Source: Eledone cirrhosa
Lineage: Eukaryota
Direction: 5' to 3'
Length of the DNA: 64,000 bases
Assembly: GCA_964016885.1 (NCBI GenBank)
Contig: OZ024746.1
Location: 24,800,001 to 24,864,000 of the forward strand
The notes beneath the pieces are model-generated. The model had not been told where the DNA came from and did no database searches. It saw nothing but the letters and a program-made list of their open reading frames with translations. This document shows, piece by piece, positions 27,313 to 39,200 of this stretch (positions are counted from its first letter, which is position 1; each line of letters begins with the position of its first letter). Both the position numbers and the translations under genes were made by a program.

Positions 27313-27517
27313 ATCATCATAATTTTTATGTCTATTTTTCCTTGCTTCCCATAGTCCAAACAAGTTCTGTCCAGTACAATGTTCCTCTATTTGTCTCTTT
27401 CCTTTGTCATCTCCTTTCTGAGGTTTATTCTGTGTCTGGAAATCAGCTTATATGTATATATACATGCATGTGTGTGTGTGTGAGACACATACACATTTAT
27501 ATATACATATATACAAG

Positions 27518-27616
27518 AAACTTCAGCAGTTTCTGTCTACTACAATCCACTCACAAGCATTGATCAACCCAAGGCTATAGTAAAACTTGCCCAAGGTTCC
27601 ACAGAGTAGGACTGAA
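27518..27616 (-). mobile_element. CORE-like SINE fragment
   Basis: CAGTTTCTGTCTAC..AATCCACTCACAAG...ACTTGCCCAAGGT..CACAGAGTAGGACTGAA; the minus strand reads as a B-box-like motif followed by CCTTGGGCAAGT. Confidence 0.55.
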
Positions 27617-27708
27617 TAATATGTTGAAACATTTATTTTTATTTTCCAACAAGCATGAAACTTATAAGAATTTGTGTTGTTGTATCTCTGAGTTCATCTT
27701 GTTATATA

Positions 27709-27826
27709 TATTCATTTATTATTGAAGGCTAAATAGTGAGCCATGTTACTCTGAAGTTTCACCTGTTAGTGTGCAGGGGAAACTCTAGAGTAACAAGGCT
27801 CACTACTTAGTCATAATAAATGAATA
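27709..27826. repeat. Imperfect inverted repeat / hairpin with hammerhead 3'-half-like motifs
   Basis: TATTCATTTATTAT..CTAAATAGTGAGCCATGTTACTCT pairs with AGAGTAACAAGGCTCACTACTTAG..ATAATAAATGAATA. Confidence 0.75.
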
Positions 27827-28318
27827 TTTAAAATCTACTTCGGTATTGAGTACTCTTTTCTCTCATATGTCAACTACATATATATATATATATAAATAAA
27901 TACACACACACACACATATCATCATTTTACATCCGTTTTCCATGCTGCCATGGGCTGCACCGGCCATTAAGGTTATCAATTCTTAGTTGAAGTTGTTACA
28001 CTCAAAGACAAATCAAGGAACCATATCTCATTGTTACATTCCTTGTTTTGGCATGATTTCTACCATTCTTTTTTTTTTTTACTGTCTTCAGACTGTGACC
28101 ATGCTGAAACACCATCTTGAAGGGGTTTTAGTTCATCATATCAATCCCAGTATTTATTTTCCTAAGTCTGATACTTATTTTATTGATTTGTAGGGCTTAA
28201 GTCACACTGTGTTTGCCAAAATCCAGAAATCCTGTATGTTATCCTATTTTCATCCGCTAGGGACAAAGACCATGACCTGGGCTTATAATAGGTGTACAAC
28301 ACAAGGATTTCTGGTTGC

Positions 28319-28523
28319 AGGACACCCTGGCTTCACGAGACCATACCAAAACACCCTGGCTTCACGTGACACCATACCAAGACACCCTGGCTTCACATGG
28401 CACCATACCAGGGCACCCTGGTTTCTCACAACACCATATCAAAACACCCTCGCTTCACATGACACCATACCAGGACACCCTGGTTTCATATGACACCATA
28501 CCAGAACACCCTCGCTTCACATG
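28319..28523. repeat. 31-bp minisatellite, ~6.5 copies (GGACACCCTGGCTTCACATGACACCATACCA)
   Basis: CACCCT recurs at 28323, 28352, 28383, 28414, 28445, 28476 and 28507. Confidence 0.9.
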
Positions 28524-28917
28524 GCAAGACAGGCCTTCCAACTCACTTCATAATAAGGGTTATTTCATCCCATGACACCACCAACGTCACAATCCAGTGA
28601 TGAGGAACCTATGGCCATAAGAGCACATGTGGCCTTCTAAAAGAAACACATTTGGAGGCAAATCTTCCTATTGGACTATACTTTTCCTGATTTTATTTCA
28701 CTTAATACCTATTTTCTAATTGATCATGACTTGTAGAAACAAAATCCACTTATATTTCTTCATTTTCTTTTGTAATTATACTTTGTAAAAGGTTTAGCCA
28801 GACAATATATTTTTCACAATGTGGCTTCATTGGATGTCATTTGATTTCAATTTGGCATCCAGTATAAAAAGGTTCTCACCCCTAATATAAGCAAATATAA
28901 TAATTGTTTCTAATAAT

Positions 28918-29105
28918 TGGCACGAGGTCAGCAATTTGGGGGGAGAGGAAAGTTGATTAAATCAATCCCAGTGCATTACTGGTACTTTATTTTATCGACC
29001 CCATAAGGATGAAAGGCAAAGCTAACCTCAGTAGGATTAGAACTCAGAACGTAATTCTATACTGCAAAGCATGCTGACCGACGCTCTACCACTATTGTCA
29101 ATCCA
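28918..29105 (-). mobile_element. tRNA-derived SINE with GCCTTTCATCCT...GGGGTCGATAAAATAAAGTACCAG core
   Basis: The minus strand has a B-box-like GAGTTCTAATCC followed by a core motif I recall from widespread metazoan SINEs; family name not verified. Confidence 0.65.
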
Positions 29106-29384
29106 CTACCCTAAATATAATAATAAAAATAATAATAATAATGATTTCGTTATTAACTACAAATAGAATTACATGAAGAAAACATTAAAGATGACACAGA
29201 GCAATACATTCAGGGTTTTTCCAGTAAAAATACAAGATTTTTTAAAAATCTGAATTGACAAGATCCCAGACCTCATTCCCTTACCAAGTGGAGTGGAACT
29301 TGTCACATTGAACCAAGTAAACAATGTTTCCATTGGTCTTTCCATTGCTGATGCTATCTACCAATCACAACACCTAGCAAACAG

Positions 29385-29489
29385 AGCGGCATAAAATAAA
29401 GTGTCTTGCTCAAGGAAATCTCACTTGGCCCAGGAATCGAACTCATAACCTTACGATTGTGAATCCAACTCTCTAACCATTAAGCCATA
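29385..29489 (-). mobile_element. SINE 5' head (tRNA-derived)
   Basis: Minus strand: TGGCTTAATGG (A box), GAGTTCGATTCC (B box), then CCTTGAGCAAGACACTTTA. Confidence 0.65.
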
Positions 29490-29989
29490 TGTAAAATTAA
29501 AACAAAAGAAAATTCCTCAAAGGGGGAGATTTTTGAGGGTCACTCAATGTAGAAATACCACAAACAGCCCCAGCCATCCCAACTGCTAGGAACCAATAAT
29601 AATAATAATGATAATAATAATAATAATGACAAGAACAATGATAATAGATTGTCTAACCTTAAATCTTGTTACTTGGCAATCCAAACTGTACAGAACTGGC
29701 ACAACAAGTTCTTTTTTTACTTCGCATCAGGCAACCCACAACAAAGGAAAAATAGAATATGATTATTGTTAATATAATAATAAATATATATTTTATTTGG
29801 TTGTCTGACAATTGCCACAAAATACTATCAAAGTTGTGATGTTTTACTACTGCTAACAAACTCATTTATCAGACTAATTAGTGATCAGGATTTTTCACTG
29901 AACTAAATTAGATTGTACATATTTCAGTCATCCTTCTTATTATCAGAACACAAACTCTCTTTATCTCTCCCCCTCCATACACACACATG

Positions 29990-30062
<73 letters not shown>

Positions 30063-30112
30063 ATACTTGGAGAGGGTCATATTGTTATAATATTGCCAGA
30101 AATAATATAATA

Positions 30113-30316
30113 TGATAATATAATAATAATGAAATTATTGTGTACAGTGCTCAGGTGCATACAACTCATCAAAGGTGCATGTATAGTACATAGAATAATA
30201 TACAAATGTCAGGGAATTGAATAGTGTATGAGTCATGATATACATGTGTGTGTGTGTATGGAGGGGGAATATTAGGTGTAGTGTTGGCAAATCTCAGGAA
30301 GCATGGAGGCTTTAAA
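30113..30316 (-). mobile_element. Probable LINE 3' end with (TTA)n tail
   Basis: The minus strand ends ...GCACCTGAGCACTGTACACAATAATTTCATTATTATTATTATC; no coding remnant confirmed. Confidence 0.4.
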
Positions 30317-30562
30317 ACAGAACACACTCACTGTTTGGTTGGTTTTTGCTTCTGTATCTTTTATATCTCCATAGTTAATTTATTTGGCAATCAATGTTTA
30401 TCATTGATTGACCAGTGGTTAAAAATACAGATATAAATATATATAGTCTATCAAAGTTCTTTTGTTGCACATCTGCAGCATCATCAGTGGTACAATTATG
30501 TTACCTCCTATTGTATTGTAATGTCTATGCCATTTTTTTAAAAAATGGCGTAGACATTACAA

Positions 30563-30612
<50 letters not shown>

Positions 30613-30616
<4 letters not shown>

Positions 30617-30705
30617 GGATTCAAGACCCTGACGACTGAGCTCTTGCTGTTTCAACTAGCTGTTAAAACGGCAGGAATTCAGCCATCGAGGTCCCGAATC
30701 CTTCA
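30613..30705. repeat. 93-bp imperfect hairpin (44-bp arms, 5-nt loop)
   Basis: TGAAGGATTC...TTTCAAC-TAGCT-GTTAAAA...GAATCCTTCA; the arms align without gaps. Confidence 0.8.
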
Positions 30706-32079
30706 TGTTATCCACTCTACCACCCCAAATATTGAGTACTCTGGTGAGTAATGGCCTAACAGGTTTTTATTGCATTCATTCAAATTTATATATATATATA
30801 CATACACACACATAGATGTCTTCTCGTTAATAGCTATGTAACTTTATACTAAATAACTATAGCTAAACAACGTAGAGTTCATAACCTTACATTTTCCTTT
30901 TAGTTAGAATAGCTGTTCTATCTAGACATTATTTCCAACACAAGAAAATTCATTAGAGGTTTTCTTGAAATGGCTATTAATTAGTATATCGTAATACTCG
31001 TCCTCTGAAGATCTATGTAGTCTTGATTGGCTAATTAATTATGTTAATTAGCTAGTTTTGATAATCATGGTGAAACTGCAGCAATTATGCAAGTAACATA
31101 TTTTTTCCTTAAATATATTTTTTTGCTTGCTATGTCCTTAATAGTAATATATGTAAGTATTGAACCCAAATAAAATTTTGAATAAATAATGCTGTCTTAT
31201 ATGGATTTTAGCCAGTATAAAGCATAAGCATATTTGAACTGATTTATGGTATAATATTGAAATTAATTTTATGTTAATCTACATTTATATGTGTGTGTGT
31301 GAAAAGTAAATGAAAAAAAGACAACAGCCAAAGAAGTACAATGAAGTTATATACTAGTTTCACACTTAATATTGATTAAAGAAAAAATAGAAAGATAGAG
31401 GAGAGTGAACATGGGGAAAAACCGAAAAACAGTAGATCTGTTCATTTCGCTGTCTCTTGGAAATATATATATTTCATGCAAGCATAGAAAATAGATATAA
31501 AATGGTGATCATGGTGATATATATATATCATCATCATTCATACATACATAGTGGGCCTGCATCTTATGTGATGAATTTTTAAGAAGACATAACATTAGAT
31601 TCTCTGGCGATTAAGAAAACTCAGGAAAAAAATAATAGTGGAAGAGGTTAGAATTTTCTTCCTACAAGCCAATGAGATTGCAGCTTTAACTGCTAGAAAT
31701 AGCAAACAAACCTTCCTCAAATAATCCCCTATATACTGTCTAGAATTCAGATGGGTTAAAATTGGTATTACTGTATTTAAAATGTACTCATGCTTATGGA
31801 AGTAAATCTATTCCCATGCAATCACCACAAATGAAACTAAGGGACAGTCTGCAACAACAGCAACAGTAACAACCACAACAACAACAACAACAACACTTAA
31901 ATTGGTTAAGCAAATATGGTTTTAAGCAGACATCTTGTGGCTCCACAAGAATCCTGGACTTGATATATGGGGTTCTTACAGAATTCTGACATTCTATCAA
32001 TCAAATTAGTAAACCTTATACAACTGATGCCACCAGTTGTTGGGTTGTCAACCTAGGCTCATATTTTTCATATTTTGAC

Positions 32080-32145
32080 ATGGTTTCTACAGATGGATGC
32101 CCTTCCTTATGTCAACCATTTTACAAAGTGTACTGGGTATATTTT
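32080..32145 (-). mobile_element. RTE 3'UTR fragment
   Basis: GGTTTCTACAGATGGATGCCCTTCCT...TTTACAAAGTGTACTGGGT is the reverse complement of the motif at ~3640-3695. Confidence 0.6.
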
Positions 32146-32337
32146 ATCAAGGCACCAACATTACCAATTTAAGGAGTACACTAGGAGAATTTTATTGTGG
32201 CATCAACACTACACTTTACAACAGAACTGTAATCATTGTGTATTTAGTCAGGCTAGTGATAGGAATAGGGTGAAATATACAAGAGTGGTGGTAGTGGTAG
32301 GGTGCTACATGTTGCTGAGGGAGGAAATCTATCTCAT

Positions 32338-32935
32338 CATTTACAGTTCAGTGTGTGGTCTACCTAGTCATTTACAGTTCAGTGTGTGGTCTACCTAGTC
32401 ATTTACAGTTCAGTGTGTGGTCTACCTAGTCATTTACAGTTTAGTGTGTGGTCTACCTGGTCATTTACAGTTCAGTGTGTGGTCTACTTGGTTATTTATA
32501 GTTCAGTGTGTGGTCTACTTGGTTATTTACAGTTTAGTATGTGGTCTAGCTAGTCATTTACAGTTTAGTGTGTGGTTTACCTGGTCATTTACTGTTCAGT
32601 GTGTGGTCTACCTAGTCATTTACAGTTTAGTGTGTGGTCTACCTGGCCATTTACAGTTCAGTGTGTGATCTACCTAGTCATTTACAGTTTAGTGTGTGGT
32701 CTACCTGGCCATTTACAGTTCAGTGTGTGAGCTACCTGGTCATCTACAGTTCAGTGTATGGTTTACCTGGTCATTTACTGTTCAATGTGTGGTCTACCTG
32801 CTCATTTACAGTTTAGTGTGTGGTCTACCTGCTCATTTACAGTTTAGTGTGTTGTCTACCTACTCATTTACAGTTTAGTGTGTGGTCTACCTGGTCATTT
32901 ACAATTTAGTGTGCAGTTTACCAGATCATTTACAG
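32338..32935. repeat. 31-bp minisatellite, ~19 copies (CATTTACAGTTCAGTGTGTGGTCTACCTAGT)
   Basis: CATTT recurs at 32338, 32369, 32400 and onward; copies diverge toward the right end. Confidence 0.95.
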
Positions 32936-33211
32936 GTCAGCAAAATTCTACCTCAACTACAAAAACTTTATACTGCAGGAAGATAAAAACATGTTGAATA
33001 ATAATTTATTGTTAATGGCTTACCCTTAAGCTTCAAAATTTTGTTTCCTCAATCAAAATGACATGTCAAAAGAAATCTTTTAACAGCATGTTCCACTGAT
33101 ATTATTGGCTTTGATTTGAGGATACTCATGTAGGTATTGATTGATTGGTTAAAATATGGATGTGGCTGTTGATTGGTCAGGATAGTGATGTGGGTGTTGG
33201 AGGATTGCTAT

Positions 33212-36200
33212 ATTATATAGACAGGTCAAGCTATTGGTGTAGGTGGTCATGATTTATAGACAGATCAGGCTATTGATGTAGGTGTTGGTTGTCATGTTAT
33301 ATAGACAGGTCAGGCTATTGATGTAGGTGTTGGTTGTCATGATATATAGACAGATCAGGCTATTGATGTAGGTGTTGGTTGTCATGTTATATAGACAGGT
33401 CAAGCTATTGATGTAGGTGTTGGTTGTCATGTTATATAGACAGGTCAGGCTATTGATGTAGGTGTTGGTTGTCATGTTATATAGACAGGTCAGGCTATTG
33501 ATGTAGGTGTTGGTTGTCATGTTATATAGACAGGTGAGGCTATTGATGTAGGTGTTAGTTGTCATGTTATATAGACAGGTCAGGCTATTGACGTAGGTGT
33601 TGGTTGTCATGTTATATAGACAGGTCAGGCTATTGATGTAGGTGTTAGTTGTCATGTTATATAGACAGGTCAGGCTATTGATGTAGGTGTTGGTTATCAT
33701 GTTATATAGACAGGTCAGGCTATTGATGTAGGTGTTGCTTGTCATGTTATATAGACAGGTCAGGCTATTGATGTAGGTGTTGGTTGTCATGTTATATAGA
33801 CAGGTGAGGCTATTGATGTAGGTGTTAGTTGTCATGTTATATAGACAGGTCAGGCTATTGACGTAGGTGTTGGTTGTCATGTTATATAGACAGGTCAAGC
33901 TATTGATGTAGGTGTTAGTTGTCATGTTATATAGACAGGTCAGGCTATTGATGTAGGTGTTGGTTATGATGTTATATAGACAGGTCAAGCTATTGATGTA
34001 GGTGTTAGTTGTCATGTTATATAGACAGGTCAGGCTATTGATGTAGGTGTTAGTTGTCATGTTATATAGACAGGTCAGGCTATTGATGTAGGTGTTGGTT
34101 GTCATGATATATAGACAGGTCAGGCTATTGATGTAGGTGTTGGTTGTCATGTTATATAGACAGGTCAGGCTATTGATGTAGGTGTTGGTTGTCATGTTAT
34201 ATAGACAGGTCAGGCTATTGATGTAGGTGTTGGTTGTCATGATATATAGACAGGTCAGGCTATTGATGTAGGTGTTAGTTGTCATGTTATATAGACAGGT
34301 CAGGCTATTGATGTAGGTGTTGGTTGTCATGATATATAGACAGGTCAGGCTATTGATGTAGGTGTTGGTTGTCATGTTATATAGACAGGTCAGGCTATTG
34401 ATGTAGGTGTTGGTTATCATGTTATATAGACAGGTCAGGCTATTGATGTAGGTGTTGGTTGTCATGTTATATAGACAGGTCAGGCTATTGATGTAGGTGT
34501 TGGTTGTCATGTTATATAGACAGGTCAGGCTATTGATGTAGGTGTTGGTTGTCATGTTATATAGACAGGTCAGGCTATTGATGTAGGTGTTGGTTGTCAT
34601 GTTATATAGACAGGTCAGGCTATTGATGTAGGTGTTGTTTATCATGTTATATAGACAGGTGAGGCTATTGATGTAGGTGTTGGTTGTCATGTTATATAGA
34701 CAGGTCAGGCTATTGATGTAGGTGTTGGTTGTCATGTTATATAGACAGGTCAGGTTATTGATGTAGGTGTTGGTTGTCATGTTATATAGACAGGTCAGGT
34801 TATTGATGTAGGTGTTGGTTGTCATGTTATATAGACAGGTCAGGCTATTGATGTAGGTGTTGGTTAGCATGTTATATAGACAGGTCAGGCTATTGATGTA
34901 GGTGTTGGTTGTCATGTTATATAGACAGGTCAGGCTATTGATGTAGGTGTTGGTTGTCATGTTATATAGAGAGGTGAGGCTATTGATGTAGGTGTTGGTT
35001 AGCATGTTATATAGACAGGTCAGGCTATTGATGTAGGTGTTGGTTAGCATGTTATATAGACAGGTCAGGCTATTGATGTAGGTGTTGGTTGTCATGTTAT
35101 ATAGACAGGTCAGGCTATTGATGTAGGTGTTGGTTGTCATGTTATATAGACAGGTGAGGCTATTGATGTAGGTGTTGGTTGTCATGTTATATAGACAGGT
35201 CAGGCTATTGATGTAGGTGTTGGTTAGCATGTTATATAGACAGGTCAGGCTATTGATGTAGGTGTTGGTTGTCATGTTATATAGACAGGTCAGGCTATTG
35301 ATGTAGGTGTTGGTTAGCATGTTATATAGATAGGTCAGGCTATTGATGTAGGTGTTGGTTAGCATGTTATATAGACAGGTCAGGCTATTGATGTAGGTGT
35401 TGGTTGTCATGTTATATAGACAGGTCAGGCTATTGATGTAGGTGTTGGTTGTCATGTTATATAGACAGGTCAGGCTATTGATGTAGGTGTTGGTTAGCAT
35501 GTTATATAGACAGGTGAGGCTATTGATGTAGGTGTTGGTTGTCATGTTATATAGACAGGTCAGGCTATTGATGTAGGTGTTGGTTGTCATGTTATATAGA
35601 CAGGTGAGGCTATTGATGTAGGTGTTGGTTGTCATGATATATAGACAGGTCAGGCTATTGATGTAGGTGTTGGTTGTCATGTTATATAGACAGGTCAGGC
35701 TATTGATGTAGGTGTTGGTTGTCATGTTATATAGACAGGTCAGGCTATTGATGTAGGTGTTGGTTGTCATGATATATAGACAGGTCAGGCTATTGATGTA
35801 GGTGTTGGTTGTCATGTTATATAGACAGGTCAGGCTATTGATGTAGGTGTTGGTTGTCATGTTATATAGACAGGTCAGGCTATTGATGTAGGTGTTGGTT
35901 GTCATGTTATATAGACAGGTCAGGCTATTGATGTAGGTGTTGGTTGTCATGTTATATAGACAGGTCAGGCTATTGATGTAGGTGTTGGTTGTCATGATAT
36001 ATAGACAGGTCAGGCTATTGATATAGGTGTTGGTTGTCATGTTATATAGACAGGTCAGGCTATTGATGTAGGTGTTGGTTGTCATGTTATATAGACAGGT
36101 CAGGCTATTGATGTAGGTGTTGGTTGTCATGTTATATAGACAGGTCAGGCTATTGATGTATGTGTTGGTTGTCATGATATATAGACAGGGCAGGCTATTG

Positions 36201-39200
36201 ATGGAGGTGTTGGTTGTCATGTTATATAGACAGGTCAGGTTATTGATGTAGGTGTTGGTTGTCATGTTATATAGACAGGTCAGGCTATTAATGTAGGTGT
36301 TAGTTGTCATGTTATATAGACAGGTCAGGCTATTGATGTAGGTGTTGGTTATCATGTTATATAGACAGGTCAGGCTATTGATGTAGGTGTTGGTTATCAT
36401 GTTATATAGACAGGTCAGGTTATTGATGTAGGTGTTGGTTGTCATGTTATATAGACAGGTCAGGCTATTGATGTAGGTGTTGGTTGTCATGTTATATAGA
36501 CAGGTCAGGCTATTGATGTAGGTGTTGGTTATCATGTTATATAGACAGGTCAGGCTATTGATGTAGGTGTTGGTTGTCATGTTATATAGACAGGTCAGGC
36601 TATTGATGTAGGTGTTGGTTGTCATGTTATATAGACAGGTCAAGCTATTGATGTAGGTGTTAGTTGTCATGTTATATAGACAGTTCAGGCTATTGATGTA
36701 GGTGTTGGTTATGATGTTATATAGACAGGTCAAGCTATTGATGTAGGTGTTAGTTGTCATGTTATATAGACAGGTCAGGCTATTGATGTAGGTGTTAGTT
36801 GTCATGTTATATAGACAGGTCAGGCTATTGATGTAGGTGTTGGTTGTCATGATATATAGACAGGTCAGGCTATTGATGTAGGTGTTGGTTGTCATGTTAT
36901 ATAGACAGGTCAGGCTATTGATGTAGGTGTTGGTTGTCATGTTATATAGACAGGTCAGGCTATTGATGTAGGTGTTGGTTGTCATGATATATAGACAGGT
37001 CAGGCTATTGATGTAGGTGTTAGTTGTCATGTTATATAGACAGGTCAGGCTATTGATGTAGGTGTTGGTTGTCATGATATATAGACAGGTCAGGCTATTG
37101 ATGTAGGTGTTGGTTGTCATGTTATATAGACAGGTCAGGCTATTGATGTAGGTGTTGGTTATCATGTTATATAGACAGGTCAGGCTATTGATGTAGGTGT
37201 TGGTTGTCATGTTATATAGACAGGTCAGGCTATTGATGTAGGTGTTGGTTGTCATGTTATATAGACAGGTCAGGCTATTGATGTAGGTGTTGGTTGTCAT
37301 GTTATATAGACAGGTGAGGCTATTGATGTAGGTGTTGGTTGTCATGTTATATAGACAGGTCAGGCTATTGATGTAGGTGTTGGTTATCATGTTATATAGA
37401 CAGGTGAGGCTATTGATGTAGGTGTTGGTTGTCATGTTATATAGACAGGTCAGGCTATTGATGTAGGTGTTGGTTGTCATGTTATATAGACAGGTCAGGT
37501 TATTGATGTAGGTGTTGGTTGTCATGTTATATAGACAGGTCAGGTTATTGATGTAGGTGTTGGTTGTCATGTTATATAGACAGGTCAGGCTATTGATGTA
37601 GGTGTTGGTTAGCATGTTATATAGACAGGTCAGGCTATTGATGTAGGTGTTGGTTGTCATGTTATATAGACAGGTCAGGCTATTGATGTAGGTGTTGGTT
37701 GTCATGTTATATAGAGAGGTGAGGCTATTGATGTAGGTGTTGGTTAGCATGTTATATAGATAGGTCAGGCTATTGATGTAGGTGTTGGTTAGCATGTTAT
37801 ATAGACAGGTCAGGCTATTGATGTAGGTGTTGGTTGTCATGTTATATAGACAGGTCAGGCTATTGATGTAGGTGTTGGTTGTCATGTTATATAGACAGGT
37901 GAGGCTATTGATGTAGGTGTTGGTTGTCATGTTATATAGACAGGTCAGGCTATTGATGTAGGTGTTGGTTGTCATGTTATATAGACAGGTCAGGCTATTG
38001 ATGTAGGTGTTGGTTGTCATGTTATATAGACAGGTCAGGCTATTGATGTAGGTGTTGGTTGTCATGTTATATAGACAGGTCAGGTTATTGATGTAGGTGT
38101 TGGTTGCCATGTTATATAGACAGGTCAGGCTATTGATGTAGGTGTTGGTTGTCATGTTATATAGACAGGTCAGGCTATTAATGTAGGTGTTAGTTGTCAT
38201 GTTATATAGACAGGTCAGGCTATTGATGTAGGTGTTGGTTATCATGTTATATAGACAGGTCAGGCTATTGATGTAGGTGTTGGTTATCATGTTATATAGA
38301 CAGGTCAGGCTATTGATGTAGGTGTTGGTTATGATGTTATATAGACAGGTCAGGCTATTGATGTAGGTGTTGGTTGTCATGTTATATAGACAGGTCAGGC
38401 TATTGATGTAGGTGTTGGTTATGATGTTATATAGACAGGTCAGGCTATTGATGTAGGTGTTGGTTGTCATGATATATAGACAGGTCAGGCTATTGATGTA
38501 GGTGTTGGTTGTCATGTTATATAGACAGGTCAGGCTATTGATGTGGGTGTTGGTTAGCATGTTATATAGACAGGTCAGGCTATTGATGTAGGTGTTGGTT
38601 GTCATGTTATATAGACAGGTGAGGCTATTGATGTAGGTGTTGGTTGTCATGTTATATAGACAGGTCAGGCTATTGATGTAGGTGTTGGTTGTCATGTTAT
38701 ATAGACAGGTCAGGCTATTGATGTAGGTGTTGGTTGTCATGATATATAGACAGGTCAGGCTATTGATGTAGGTGTTAGTTGTCATGTTATATAGACAGGT
38801 GAGGCTATTGATGTAGGTGTTGGTTGTCATGTTATATAGACAGGTGAGGCTATTGATGTAGGTGTTGGTTGTCATGTTATATAGACAGGTCAGGCTATTG
38901 ATGTAGCTGTTGGTTAGCATGTTATATAGACAGGTCAGGCTATTGATGTAGGTGTTGGTTGTCATGTTATATAGACAGGTCAGGCTATTGATGTAGGTGT
39001 TGGTTGTCATGTTATATAGACAGGTCAGGCTATTGATGTAGCTGTTGGTTAGCATGTTATATAGACAGGTCAGGCTATTGATGTAGGTGTTGGTTGTCAT
39101 GTTATATAGACAGGTCAGGTTATTGATGTAGGTGTTGGTTGTCATGTTATATAGACAGGTCAGGCTATTGATGTAGCTGTTGGTTAGCATGTTATATAGA

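Noticed and set aside
27016-27363. Thr-, Val-, Gly- or Pro-rich ORFs resembling mucin or membrane proteins
   Set aside because: They arise from a degenerate trinucleotide repeat open in several frames.
29385-29489. tRNA gene
   Set aside because: A and B boxes are present but there is no complete cloverleaf, and it continues into SINE body sequence.
30625-30680. Hammerhead ribozyme at CTGACGA (30629)
   Set aside because: No properly placed GAAA and stem II/III downstream; the motif is within a hairpin arm.
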